Shown piece by piece: positions 41,359 to 49,937 of a DNA stretch of 64,000 bases. This DNA is from Opitutaceae bacterium (GTDB taxonomy: Bacteria > Verrucomicrobiota > Verrucomicrobiia > Opitutales > Coraliomargaritaceae). The translations under genes and the position numbers were made by a program. Location: NCBI GenBank assembly GCA_051252375.1, contig JBPOFY010000001.1, positions 544,001 to 608,000 on the forward strand. Direction: 5' to 3'. Each line of letters begins with the position of its first letter. The first letter of the stretch is position 1. Under the pieces are notes generated by a model, which worked only from the letters and a program-made list of their open reading frames with translations, was not told the DNA's origin and searched no databases.

Positions 41359-42155
41359 ACTGGCATTCGCAGATATATCGTGGGCAGGTCGTGCATCAGC
41401 GCATGAGTCCCGTGGAGCATGCATTCAGTTATCCGGTGACTTTTTTCGCTTTTGATCTGAACGAACTGGATGCTTTGGCTGCCGAGGTTCGTGGCTTTAG
41501 CCATAATCAATCTGACCTATTGCGTCTAAATGATCGGGATTATCTACGAGGAGAGGCGCGACCGATTGCAGATCAACTAGAGACTTTTCTCGGACCTGAA
41601 TTGCCAGAGCAGCACACGCGTTTGGTCACTTCGCCGCGTTATCTCAATTACGCTTTTAACCCCGTGAACTTCCATCTTCGGATGCAGGGCGACCAGCTGT
41701 TGGCTGTGGTCGCAGAGGTGAATAACACCTTTGGCGATCGTCATGTCTATCCGCTAAATGATTTAGAGGCTGGTGATGCACCTCATACTTGGACGGCGCG
41801 TTGCCCGAAGGAGTTTCATGTCTCTCCCTTTAACGATTTGTCGGGGGATTACTACTTTACGTTTCGCATTGAGGCGAAGGAGCTTTTTCTTGGCGTGGAT
41901 CTATATCGTGATGGAGCGTGTGTTTTGAAAACATGGATAGAAGGGCGGGGTGCAGTGGTGACGCGTGCTAGCATTTGGCGGTATGCCCTATTGCGCCCTT
42001 TTGATACGGCTTTAAACAGTATGCCGCGCATTATTTGGCAAGCCGCTCAGTTGTATTATAAAAAGAAGCTGCAAATATATACACGGCCTTCACCTAAGTC
42101 GCCGCAGACATTGATTGATCGTGACCAGCATTCGGAATCAAACGCAGTGATTTAA
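41355..42155 (+). CDS. DUF1365 protein (UfaO-like)
   Basis: VHQR..P..HAFSY, FNPVNF, AEVNNTF, KEFHVSPF. Confidence 0.92.
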   Translation: MNWHSQIYRGQVVHQRMSPVEHAFSYPVTFFAFDLNELDALAAEVRGFSHNQSDLLRLNDRDYLRGEARPIADQLETFLGPELPEQHTRLVTSPRYLNYAFNPVNFHLRMQGDQLLAVVAEVNNTFGDRHVYPLNDLEAGDAPHTWTARCPKEFHVSPFNDLSGDYYFTFRIEAKELFLGVDLYRDGACVLKTWIEGRGAVVTRASIWRYALLRPFDTALNSMPRIIWQAAQLYYKKKLQIYTRPSPKSPQTLIDRDQHSESNAVI

Positions 42156-42200
42156 TTGCTCAACCTCAGCACGGCCTGCGTCACACTCGTCAGCAAACCT

Positions 42201-43442
42201 TTAACCATCTCGCTGCAGCACGACATGCTGCACATCAATCAAACCTGAGTTGAAGCCAGCTTCACAGTAGCTGAAGTAGTAGTTCCATTTGCGGCAGAAT
42301 TCAGCGTCGAATCCAAGTCCATGGACCGTGTCTTGGTTGGCATTGAAATCGACTGCCCAGCACCGTAGTGTCTCGGCGTAGTCTGGGCCAAAGGGCTCCA
42401 TCTTGAGCACTGTCATTTCGCCGGCATGGGCGACGTTGGCCTCGATCGCCCCAGGTGAGGGCAGATGCCCGCCCGGGAAAATGTATTTCTGTATCCAGTC
42501 GCAACTGTTACAGTAGCGCTCATAGCGTTCGTCGGGAATGGTGATTGCTTGAATCACGGCCTTCGCGCCTGGCTTGAGCGATTGCTGGATGGTCTCGAAA
42601 TAGCTTTCTAGGAACTCATGCCCCACGGCTTCGATCATTTCGCACGAGACGACGGCGTCGAATTGGCCGACTAGTGTGCGATAGTCTTGTAAGACGATTT
42701 CTATCTGATTCGAGACGCCTGCCTGAGAGAAGCGGTTTAGGGAATAACTAAACTGTTCTTCAGATAGCGTGATGGTTTTGACCAGGCAACCGCGCTCAGC
42801 GGCACGTTGAGCCAACGCACCCCAGCCGGATCCGATTTCTAAGATATGGTCACCTGCTTTGATGCCTGCGAGGTCTAGTATACGGTCGATTTTATTCCAT
42901 TGAGCCTGCTCTAGTGTGTCTTCCTTTGAGTGGAACAACGCACTGGAGTAAGTCATCGTGGCATCTAGGAAGGTCTCGTAGAAGGCATTACTTAAGTCGT
43001 AGTGCTCTTGGATGTTTTCCTTGCTTTGCTCGACCGTATTTCGCCGCGCTTGATGATACAGCTTATTCATTTTCTTAGCCAACAGAGAGAAGCCATACTG
43101 AACGCGCCCTAGTTCTTTTTGATTTTTTGCAAGTAGAGTTAGTATTCCGCTGAGGTCAGAGGTTTTCCAGGATCCGTCCACGTAGGCTTCGCCTAGACCA
43201 ATACTACCGCCGGAGAATACCTTGCGGAAAAACTTCGTATCCTCGATTAGCATTTCAACGAGTGGGAACGATGTGTCGCCAATGAGGGCACAGGCACCGC
43301 TTGGGAAATAGATGCGGAGCGAGCCGCCTTGTAGCCTTCCTAGCGCGCGTAGGAAGAGTCGCTCAACCATGAGAGGTTGAGGGCTATCAACGAGTGGACG
43401 TGCTGCGCTTATAGAAGAGTTGGCTAATGATGTGGTTTCCAT
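42201..43442 (-). CDS. cfa: Cyclopropane-fatty-acyl-phospholipid synthase family SAM methyltransferase (UfaM-like)
   Basis: HYDLSN, MTYSSA, LEIGSGWG, EMIEAVG, YIFPGG, YCEAGF. Confidence 0.9.
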   Translation of the reverse strand: METTSLANSSISAARPLVDSPQPLMVERLFLRALGRLQGGSLRIYFPSGACALIGDTSFPLVEMLIEDTKFFRKVFSGGSIGLGEAYVDGSWKTSDLSGILTLLAKNQKELGRVQYGFSLLAKKMNKLYHQARRNTVEQSKENIQEHYDLSNAFYETFLDATMTYSSALFHSKEDTLEQAQWNKIDRILDLAGIKAGDHILEIGSGWGALAQRAAERGCLVKTITLSEEQFSYSLNRFSQAGVSNQIEIVLQDYRTLVGQFDAVVSCEMIEAVGHEFLESYFETIQQSLKPGAKAVIQAITIPDERYERYCNSCDWIQKYIFPGGHLPSPGAIEANVAHAGEMTVLKMEPFGPDYAETLRCWAVDFNANQDTVHGLGFDAEFCRKWNYYFSYCEAGFNSGLIDVQHVVLQRDG

Positions 43443-44197
43443 GGGAAAAACATATTGGTGGTTTGTTGATAGCGTCGGTAGTCGTCGCCTCGGGACTGCA
43501 GCGAAGATCGTTCAGCATGCGGCACACCGGTTAGAAAGCGTAGGAATAGATACATACTCACAGGGCCTAGTAGCGCATACGGCCACATGACTGAGGTCGC
43601 GGCAAATGCGACGTAAGCCCACCAGTGCAACCACTCGAAGAAATAGTTTGGGTGACGCGAGTAGCGCCAAAGCCCTTGCTGGCAGACTTTATTTCGGTTG
43701 GAGGGGGCATTGCGAAATTGTGCGAGTTGCCGGTCGGCGACGAATTCACCGATCAGGGCGCAGAGCGCAATACTGACGGCTAGCCAATCAATCAGACCCC
43801 ATTGAGCGCTGGCATTCATCGCAATGCTAACAGGCACCATGAAGAGTGCGACCAGCAAAACTTGTAGGAGGAAGAGCGGGAAGTAGTTACGCATCGCTTT
43901 GTCGCCCCAATGCGCCGTGAGGTAGCTGTAGCGTGGGTCTTCTTTGCCTGATAATACCCGGTTCTTAAGTAAGTAAAACGAGAGGCGCAGGGACCAACTG
44001 AGTAGAATCGCCAGCACTACGTAACTGCGTGTCGTTGGCGCTTCCATTTGCATGAGATACGCGACTGCGGCAAGCCCTAGACCGCCCGACCATACTACAT
44101 CGACCAAGGCCATGATCTGCATGCGACGTGCAGTAAAATATGCTAAGCTTGCACCAATACTTCCGAGCAAGAGCAAATTTATCCAATAGTCGCTCAA
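43424..44197 (-). CDS. DUF1295 membrane protein (steroid 5-alpha reductase-like)
   Basis: EDPRY, ADRQL, GLWRYSRHPNYFFE. Confidence 0.92.
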   Translation of the reverse strand: MSDYWINLLLLGSIGASLAYFTARRMQIMALVDVVWSGGLGLAAVAYLMQMEAPTTRSYVVLAILLSWSLRLSFYLLKNRVLSGKEDPRYSYLTAHWGDKAMRNYFPLFLLQVLLVALFMVPVSIAMNASAQWGLIDWLAVSIALCALIGEFVADRQLAQFRNAPSNRNKVCQQGLWRYSRHPNYFFEWLHWWAYVAFAATSVMWPYALLGPVSMYLFLRFLTGVPHAERSSLQSRGDDYRRYQQTTNMFFPWKPHH

Positions 44198-45108
44198 GAT
44201 TCGCCTCCCAGGGTGGCTCGCTTCTCGGCCTCAGCGTAGATGTTTTCTGGATATACTTGTAGATCCCAGACCAAACCAAGCTTTTCCAAGCCGCGTAATA
44301 GTAAATAGGATAGATCTAGCTCCCACCAATACATGCCTTGCCGAGCGGAGAGTGGCCAGCGATGGTGGTTGTTATGCCAGCCTTCGCCGAAGGTGAGCAG
44401 TGCGATCCAGAAGCTGTTGCGGCTTTCGTCATCGTTGTTGAAGCGCTTATTGCCGATGATATGAGTGACCGAATTCACGCAAAAAGTCACATGATAGACT
44501 AGGATGGTGCTGAGAAAAAATCCCCACATGACCATCTGCATACCACTCGTGCCCAATCCAGGATAGTAGGTGTTTAGGCCTGCTCCGACGGCATAGAGGA
44601 GACCGATCAGTGAGAGCACGGGCAAAATGTGAAAGCGATCAATGAAGCGCAGCTCTGGGTATTTGTTTAAGTCTTTGATGCGGTCATGTTGAATTGATCC
44701 ATAGGCTCGGCACATAATCCAGCCGATGTGCGCCCAGAACGCATCTTTGACGACTGGCGAGTGAATGTCCTCGGGTTTATCTGAGTGCTGATGATGGTGG
44801 CGGTGGTTCGCTGCCCACCACATTGGACCGAGTTGCGCGGCTGAAGTGCCGACCCATGCCATGATGAATTGAAAGACGCGACTGGTCTTGAAGGAGCGGT
44901 GTGAGAAATAGCGGTGGAAGCCAGCTGTCAGTGCAAACACGCGCACGACATAAGTGATGACGAGTGCCACGACTGCTGCCCAGCTAAACCCAGTGAAGAG
45001 CGCACCGAGCGCCAGCAGGTGCATAATGAATATAGGCGAGGATGCCATCAACAGGCGGTTGTCCTCGTCGGCTAGGGCGTGTTTAATAATTTCACTCGGT
45101 TTACTCAT
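44194..45108 (-). CDS. Membrane fatty acid (delta-9-like) desaturase
   Basis: His boxes HRYFSH, HRHHH and GEGWHNNHH. Confidence 0.93.
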   Translation of the reverse strand: MSKPSEIIKHALADEDNRLLMASSPIFIMHLLALGALFTGFSWAAVVALVITYVVRVFALTAGFHRYFSHRSFKTSRVFQFIMAWVGTSAAQLGPMWWAANHRHHHQHSDKPEDIHSPVVKDAFWAHIGWIMCRAYGSIQHDRIKDLNKYPELRFIDRFHILPVLSLIGLLYAVGAGLNTYYPGLGTSGMQMVMWGFFLSTILVYHVTFCVNSVTHIIGNKRFNNDDESRNSFWIALLTFGEGWHNNHHRWPLSARQGMYWWELDLSYLLLRGLEKLGLVWDLQVYPENIYAEAEKRATLGGES

Positions 45109-45121
45109 GTGCGTGTTAAAT

Positions 45122-45148
45122 TAACGAGGGACGCTGCTAATCCTTACA
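45122..45148 (-). promoter_or_regulatory. Putative ECF-sigma promoter TGTAAG-N16-CGTTA
   Basis: Upstream of the desaturase-DUF1295-cfa operon. Confidence 0.72.
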
Positions 45149-45160
45149 GAAATCTTTTGA

Positions 45161-45188
45161 AGTAAGTTTTCGGATGCTTTGTTCGATA
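45161..45188 (+). promoter_or_regulatory. Degenerate copy of the motif (AGTAAG-N17-CGATA)
   Basis: 10 nt upstream of the SRPBCC ATG. Spacer is 17, not 16. Confidence 0.4.
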
Positions 45189-45198
45189 TATAAGCATC

Positions 45199-45672
45199 AT
45201 GGCAAAAATTCATCAACTCTACCGCGAACAAATCATTGATACGGATATTGCATCCGCTTGGGACTTTATCAGTTCGCCTAAAAACCTCGACGCTATCACT
45301 CCCGACGACATGCCTTTCGAAATTATCACGAAGGTGCCGGAGAAAATGTATGATGGTCTATTGATTGAATATCGTGTCGGGATTCCCATTCTAGGCCGTC
45401 AAACGTGGCTGACGGAGCTAAAGCACATCCGTCTTGGGCATTCATTCGTCGATGAGCAGCGAATTGGTCCTTATAAAATCTGGTATCACTATCACGAAAT
45501 TACAGTCGTGCCTGGCGGTGTGCGTTTCGTCGACCGCGTAAACTATGTGTTACCCTGTGGTCCTTTCGGAGCGATTGCTCATGTGCTTTATGTGAAGAAG
45601 AAGCTTCAAGATGTCTTCAACTACCGTGATGTTGCGATGAGGAAGCAGTTCCTTAGCTATGTGAACGTGTAG
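45199..45672 (+). CDS. SRPBCC family protein
   Basis: WDFISSPKNLDAITP, FVDEQRIGPYKIWYHYH. Confidence 0.88.
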   Translation: MAKIHQLYREQIIDTDIASAWDFISSPKNLDAITPDDMPFEIITKVPEKMYDGLLIEYRVGIPILGRQTWLTELKHIRLGHSFVDEQRIGPYKIWYHYHEITVVPGGVRFVDRVNYVLPCGPFGAIAHVLYVKKKLQDVFNYRDVAMRKQFLSYVNV

Positions 45673-45796
45673 CTAATGGACATGTCGCGAAGTCGCTTCT
45701 ACCTTTCGATGTATCTTGTAGCCGACATCATCGTGGGGAAACGATTTGTTCGGGGCGCATTGATAATTGACGCCTGATCCTGTAGTCAGGGGTTGC

Positions 45797-47092
45797 TTAC
45801 TCCTCCAGCAGCTCTTTCGGCATATCCTTGTCGCTGAGGCGCTCGATCTTGGCGCCGATGGCGGCGAGCTTCTGCTCGAAACGTTCGTAGCCTCGGTCGA
45901 GGTGGTAGATGCGTTGGATCCAGGTGTCACCTGTGGCGGCGAAGGCGGCTAAAATCAAAGCAGCCGATGCACGTAGGTCGGACGCCATCACGGGTGCGCC
46001 GGAAAGTTTGGTTGCGCCTTTTACAATGGCACTGGGACCTTCGATGGCGATGTCTGCCCCCATACGTTGCAACTCGGGCACATGCATGAAGCGATTCGGG
46101 TAAATGCGCTCGGTGATGATTGAGAGACCCTCGGTTTGCGTCATCAGGGCGCAGAGCTGGGCTTGCAAATCAGTTGGATAGCCAGGGTGCGGCAGGGTGA
46201 TGACATCGACAGGTTTGAGCGAGCCTTCGTAGGGCAACACGCGGATGCTGTCTTCGGTGAACTCCATGGGGAGACCGGCTTCTTCGAGTTTATCGAGGAA
46301 TGCGCCGAGTAGTTTCGGTGCGATGCCTTTCACCGTGACGTCGCCACGCGTGATGGCGGCGGCGATGACAAATGTTCCAGCTTCGATGCGGTCAGCGATG
46401 ACGGTGTGCTCACAGCCGTGGAGTTTTTCGACGCCAGTGATGGTGAGCTCGGGGCTGCCGATGCCTTCGATCTTGGCGCCCATCTTGACGAGTAGGTTGC
46501 AGAGGTCGACGACTTCGGGTTCGCAGGCGGCACACTCTAAGCGAGTGATGCCTGGTGCGAGCACGGCGGCCATGACGATATTGGCGGTGCCGGTGACGGT
46601 GCTGCCGCTGCGACCACCCAGAAAGATTGGGCCACCTTTGATATTGGAGGCATCGACGTGTATGTAGCCGTTGGCGATCTCGACTTCGCAGTTGAGCTTT
46701 TTGAGCCCCTTGATGTGGAGATCAATCGGGCGTGGCCCGATCACGCAACCGCCGGGGATGGATACCTCGGCCTTGCGCATACGGGCGACGAGTGGACCGA
46801 GCAAACAGACGGAGGCACGCATCTTGCGCACCAGCTCGTAGGGCGCAATATGTGTGAGCTTTTTAGCGGTGATCTCCCATGTGCCGGGCGTCGGCTGGAC
46901 GGCTTCGGCGCCGACATGGCGAAGGATTTCGACCATGAAGCGCATATCGCTCAGGTCGGGCACATTCTTGAGAACAACCGTTTCTTCGGTTAGCAGGGTG
47001 GCGGCTAGAATCGGGAGGGCGGCATTTTTTGCACCGCCGACCGCGATCTCTCCATTGAGTGGGCCGTTGCCGCTAACTTTAAAAACATCCAT
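45797..47092 (-). CDS. murA: UDP-N-acetylglucosamine 1-carboxyvinyltransferase
   Basis: GAKNAALP, KMRAS, PGGCVIGPRPIDLH, PTDLQAQ, DLRA, HLDRGYE. Confidence 0.97.
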   Translation of the reverse strand: MDVFKVSGNGPLNGEIAVGGAKNAALPILAATLLTEETVVLKNVPDLSDMRFMVEILRHVGAEAVQPTPGTWEITAKKLTHIAPYELVRKMRASVCLLGPLVARMRKAEVSIPGGCVIGPRPIDLHIKGLKKLNCEVEIANGYIHVDASNIKGGPIFLGGRSGSTVTGTANIVMAAVLAPGITRLECAACEPEVVDLCNLLVKMGAKIEGIGSPELTITGVEKLHGCEHTVIADRIEAGTFVIAAAITRGDVTVKGIAPKLLGAFLDKLEEAGLPMEFTEDSIRVLPYEGSLKPVDVITLPHPGYPTDLQAQLCALMTQTEGLSIITERIYPNRFMHVPELQRMGADIAIEGPSAIVKGATKLSGAPVMASDLRASAALILAAFAATGDTWIQRIYHLDRGYERFEQKLAAIGAKIERLSDKDMPKELLEE

Positions 47093-47113
47093 TGCTGAGT
47101 GCGGGGCGGGTGA

Positions 47114-47932
47114 TTAAGATTCGTTGCTGAGCGATGCGGCTGTGTGGCGCTTCTCGCCACCTTGGCCACGACCTTTGCCACCGCGATTGCCGCCTGGGCG
47201 ACGACCTTGGCCGCCACGGTTTTGACCACCACGACGGTTTTGACCGCCACGGCTGTTATTGTTGCGATTGCCGCCTTTGCCTTGTGGGCGAGGGCCGCGA
47301 TTGCCGCCTTTTTTCTTTGGTTGCTCAGGTGTTTTGCCGAAAAGTTTACCGAAGAACGCACCAATCGCAGCGAATAAGCCACCTTTGCTTTTCTTAGCAG
47401 GGGCTTTCTTAGCATTGTTGCGCGGTGTGTTGGGCTTGCGCTCTGCTTTGGCTGGGCGGTTTTTGTCGCGTTCGGCACGGCGGGCATCGCGCTCAGCGCG
47501 GCGCTCAGTGAGTCGGGCTTCGACTGTCGCAATGGCTGCGAGTGTTTCCGAGCTCGGCTGTGGGTTGCCTACAGGGCGATTTTCACGTGGCGCACGTTCT
47601 TTGCGTGGTGCACTGCGTTCTGGCTTGTCGGCGCGAGGTTCGCGATTTTCACGAGGAGCGCGAGGTGCTCTTTCAGGGCGAGGTGCACGCGGTTCGCGTG
47701 AACGCTCCTGAGGAGGCAATGTCTCGGCAGGTTTGCCGCTGCCGCTTAATTTTTCTTCCTTAAGTGCTTCTGTTGGATCGACGGGGCCCATTTTTCCTGT
47801 GCTAGCGGAGGCGACTTCTGTTTTGAAGCCACCGCTACGGCGGCGTGTGCGAGGTTTTGCTGAGGCGTCTGTGCTGGGTGTGTAGCTTTGCGCTTGATTG
47901 TTTGTTGGATTGGTTTCTTCGAATTCTGGCAT
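47114..47932 (-). CDS. Basic, largely disordered Arg/Pro/Gly-rich hypothetical protein
   Basis: RRRSGGF, PRENR/PERAPR repeats, amphipathic GGLFAAIGAFFGKLFG, RGG-rich tail. Start taken at ATG 47932. Confidence 0.75.
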   Translation of the reverse strand: MPEFEETNPTNNQAQSYTPSTDASAKPRTRRRSGGFKTEVASASTGKMGPVDPTEALKEEKLSGSGKPAETLPPQERSREPRAPRPERAPRAPRENREPRADKPERSAPRKERAPRENRPVGNPQPSSETLAAIATVEARLTERRAERDARRAERDKNRPAKAERKPNTPRNNAKKAPAKKSKGGLFAAIGAFFGKLFGKTPEQPKKKGGNRGPRPQGKGGNRNNNSRGGQNRRGGQNRGGQGRRPGGNRGGKGRGQGGEKRHTAASLSNES

Positions 47933-47959
47933 CGGATATGTGTGTTTATGGTAGTATGG

Positions 47960-48113
47960 GTCCTCCGCTAGAGCAGTCATAGCGGGGTGGACGGTTTAGT
48001 TGACGCGGGGAAAGGAGAGCAGAGGAAGGCTGATGAAAAATCCAGCCGACTTCCGTAACCGGGCATATTGCTCAAGAGCCAATTCGCGCGTCGAGGGGTG
48101 TATCGCTAACGGA
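47960..48113. ncRNA. Candidate structured RNA or leader (unassigned)
   Basis: Nested complementary segments TTGACGCG/CGCGTCGA, GAGCA/TGCTC and GGAAGGCTG/CAGCCGACTTCC, plus a separate hairpin GTCCTCCGCTA/TAGCGGGGTGGAC. Confidence 0.35.
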
Positions 48114-48227
48114 GTAAATTTTCTGCCGCAAGAGTTAAGTTGTATATGTTGCTTGTTGTTGGTTGAAAGTTGTTTGTAGCGAGGAATCCGCTTGCTTGTG
48201 CGGGGAGTTGCACCTACCCATTTCTGC

Positions 48228-48599
48228 ATGGATAAACTTCAAGAAATTTTTGATATGCAGGACGCGCTAAATAAGCGCATTGGTGTGAATACTGACGGTA
48301 TGTCAGACGAAGATAAGGCCAAGTGGGTACTGAACTACACGCGTGCCATGCAGCAGGAAATGGCCGAGCTGATCGATTCCGTGCCTTGGAAGTGGTGGGC
48401 GAAGTATCAAGAGTTTGACGAGCAGAATGCTAAAGTTGAGGTGATCGACCTGTTTCACTTCCTTATTTCGCTGGCACAGGTGCTGGGCATGACGCCGGAG
48501 GATGTTTACGAGGCCTATCTGAAGAAGAACAAGGTGAACCACGATCGCCAGGACAGTGGCTACGTGAAGAAAGACGAAGACGACTCGCGTCACATTTAG
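48228..48599 (+). CDS. Dimeric all-alpha dUTPase (dUTPase_2/MazG-like)
   Basis: EMAELI, WKWWAK, EVIDLFHFLIS, YLKKNKVNHDRQ. Confidence 0.88.
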   Translation: MDKLQEIFDMQDALNKRIGVNTDGMSDEDKAKWVLNYTRAMQQEMAELIDSVPWKWWAKYQEFDEQNAKVEVIDLFHFLISLAQVLGMTPEDVYEAYLKKNKVNHDRQDSGYVKKDEDDSRHI

Positions 48600-48612
48600 T
48601 GCGGCTTCGCCG

Positions 48613-48714
48613 CAGAAGCTAGGAGCTAGAATGTAGAAGTCAGGAGAGTTTACTTTCTGGAATACTCTGCATCCTATCTCCTAACTTCTTACTACTGACT
48701 TCTACCTCCTTCTA
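48613..48714. repeat. Inverted element of 7-bp periodic units (YAGRAGY-type)
   Basis: CAGAAGC TAGGAGC TAGAATG TAGAAGT CAGGAG ... CTATCTC CTAACTT CTTACTA CTGACTT CTACCTC. Ends just before ATG 48716. Confidence 0.85.
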
Positions 48715-48715
48715 A

Positions 48716-49318
48716 ATGAACGAATCGCCCATAATGATACTGCTTTACGTGGGCATTGCTGCCTATGTGGGCCACATGTATTGGGGCGATTATCACGCGG
48801 ATAAGTCGGGAGAGCCGAAAGGCTCCGCGATGCCTGGTGCGAAGTCGGCTGGGCTCATGGTCTTCGTGATCGCGGCGATTGGTTCGTTATTGATTCTTGG
48901 TGCAGAGGTCGGGGGCGAGATCGCACTCGGTGTGGCCGATGAGCAGAGCGAAATGGTTTGGTATTTCGTTTTTGCGATTATCGCGGCGGGAATCGTGGAA
49001 GAAGTGATTTTTCGTGGGTTTTTAGTGGTCGAGAATAAGGGACGTGCCGCACTGATCGCGAGTTGTGTGGGCTTTTCGCTCTTGTTTGCACTCATTCATC
49101 CGCATCTCTGGAGCGCTGAAGAGGGCTTCGAGCTGACCCTCACTGCCAAGGGCTTTTTTAGCACCAGCATACTCTTTGCGAATTCATTGTGGTTTTACGC
49201 CTGTCGTTTTGGACCTTGGAATCGCAACGCGTCGCTTTTCCCCTGCATGCTCGCGCACGCGGCCAGTAATCTAGGTGTTTTTGTGGTGAAGCTGGCACAG
49301 GGTTACGTGGTATTTTAG
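48716..49318 (+). CDS. CPBP/Abi family intramembrane metalloprotease
   Basis: EEVIFRG, FALIH, HAASN. Confidence 0.88.
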   Translation: MNESPIMILLYVGIAAYVGHMYWGDYHADKSGEPKGSAMPGAKSAGLMVFVIAAIGSLLILGAEVGGEIALGVADEQSEMVWYFVFAIIAAGIVEEVIFRGFLVVENKGRAALIASCVGFSLLFALIHPHLWSAEEGFELTLTAKGFFSTSILFANSLWFYACRFGPWNRNASLFPCMLAHAASNLGVFVVKLAQGYVVF

Positions 49319-49327
49319 GGTTTATTG

Positions 49328-49801
49328 ATGCACTCTTTTACCGCGATTGATTTTGAAACGGCACAGCCGGCACGCTGCAGCATTTGCCAGGTGGGTTTGG
49401 TTCGGGTGGAGTGTGGTGAAGTCGTGGAGCAGGTGAGCCTATTGGTGCAACCGCCGGACAATACCTACAGCTATTGGAATACGAATGTGCATGGCTTGAC
49501 CGAGGCGGATACTAGGCATGCGCCATTTTTTGATGCGGTTTGGCCGCAACTTCGTGGTTTCATTGAGGGCCGCACGCTGGTCGCGCACAATGGGGCCTTT
49601 GATTTTTCGTGCCTGCGCAAGACGTTGGACTTTTACGGCATGGCCGAGCCGAGCTATGTGCCGCAATGCACCTATAAGATTTATAAGAAGAAGCTGAATG
49701 TGCTTTGTGAAGAGCGTGGTATTTCACTCAACCACCATGATGCGCTTTCGGATGCACGCGCATGTGCGGAGTTGTATCTACAGCATTTGCGGCACGGTTG
49801 A
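49328..49801 (+). CDS. DEDDh 3'-5' exonuclease (DnaQ-like)
   Basis: IDFETA, AHNGAFD, HHDALSDA. Confidence 0.9.
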   Translation: MHSFTAIDFETAQPARCSICQVGLVRVECGEVVEQVSLLVQPPDNTYSYWNTNVHGLTEADTRHAPFFDAVWPQLRGFIEGRTLVAHNGAFDFSCLRKTLDFYGMAEPSYVPQCTYKIYKKKLNVLCEERGISLNHHDALSDARACAELYLQHLRHG

Positions 49802-49821
49802 CTCAAGAATAGATGTAGTCG

Positions 49822-49912
49822 CGCTGGAGGGACGTGTTTTACACGTCCGCCATTCGTATTGTATGGCAGGGACTAACCAGATGCGGACGAGCGGGAGCTC
49901 GTCCCTCCAGCG
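49822..49912. repeat. Stand-alone GGAG-type REP doublet (REPIN-like)
   Basis: Perfect 13-bp terminal inverted repeat CGCTGGAGGGACG/CGTCCCTCCAGCG. Each arm has an internal hairpin. Confidence 0.8.
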
Positions 49913-49937
49913 GAAGATCTAATATCGATGCGTTGCC

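Noticed and set aside
48716..49801. Phage defence module (Abi-named protease + exonuclease + dUTPase)
   Set aside because: CPBP 'Abi' proteases and DnaQ-like exonucleases are common housekeeping families and there is no defence-island context.
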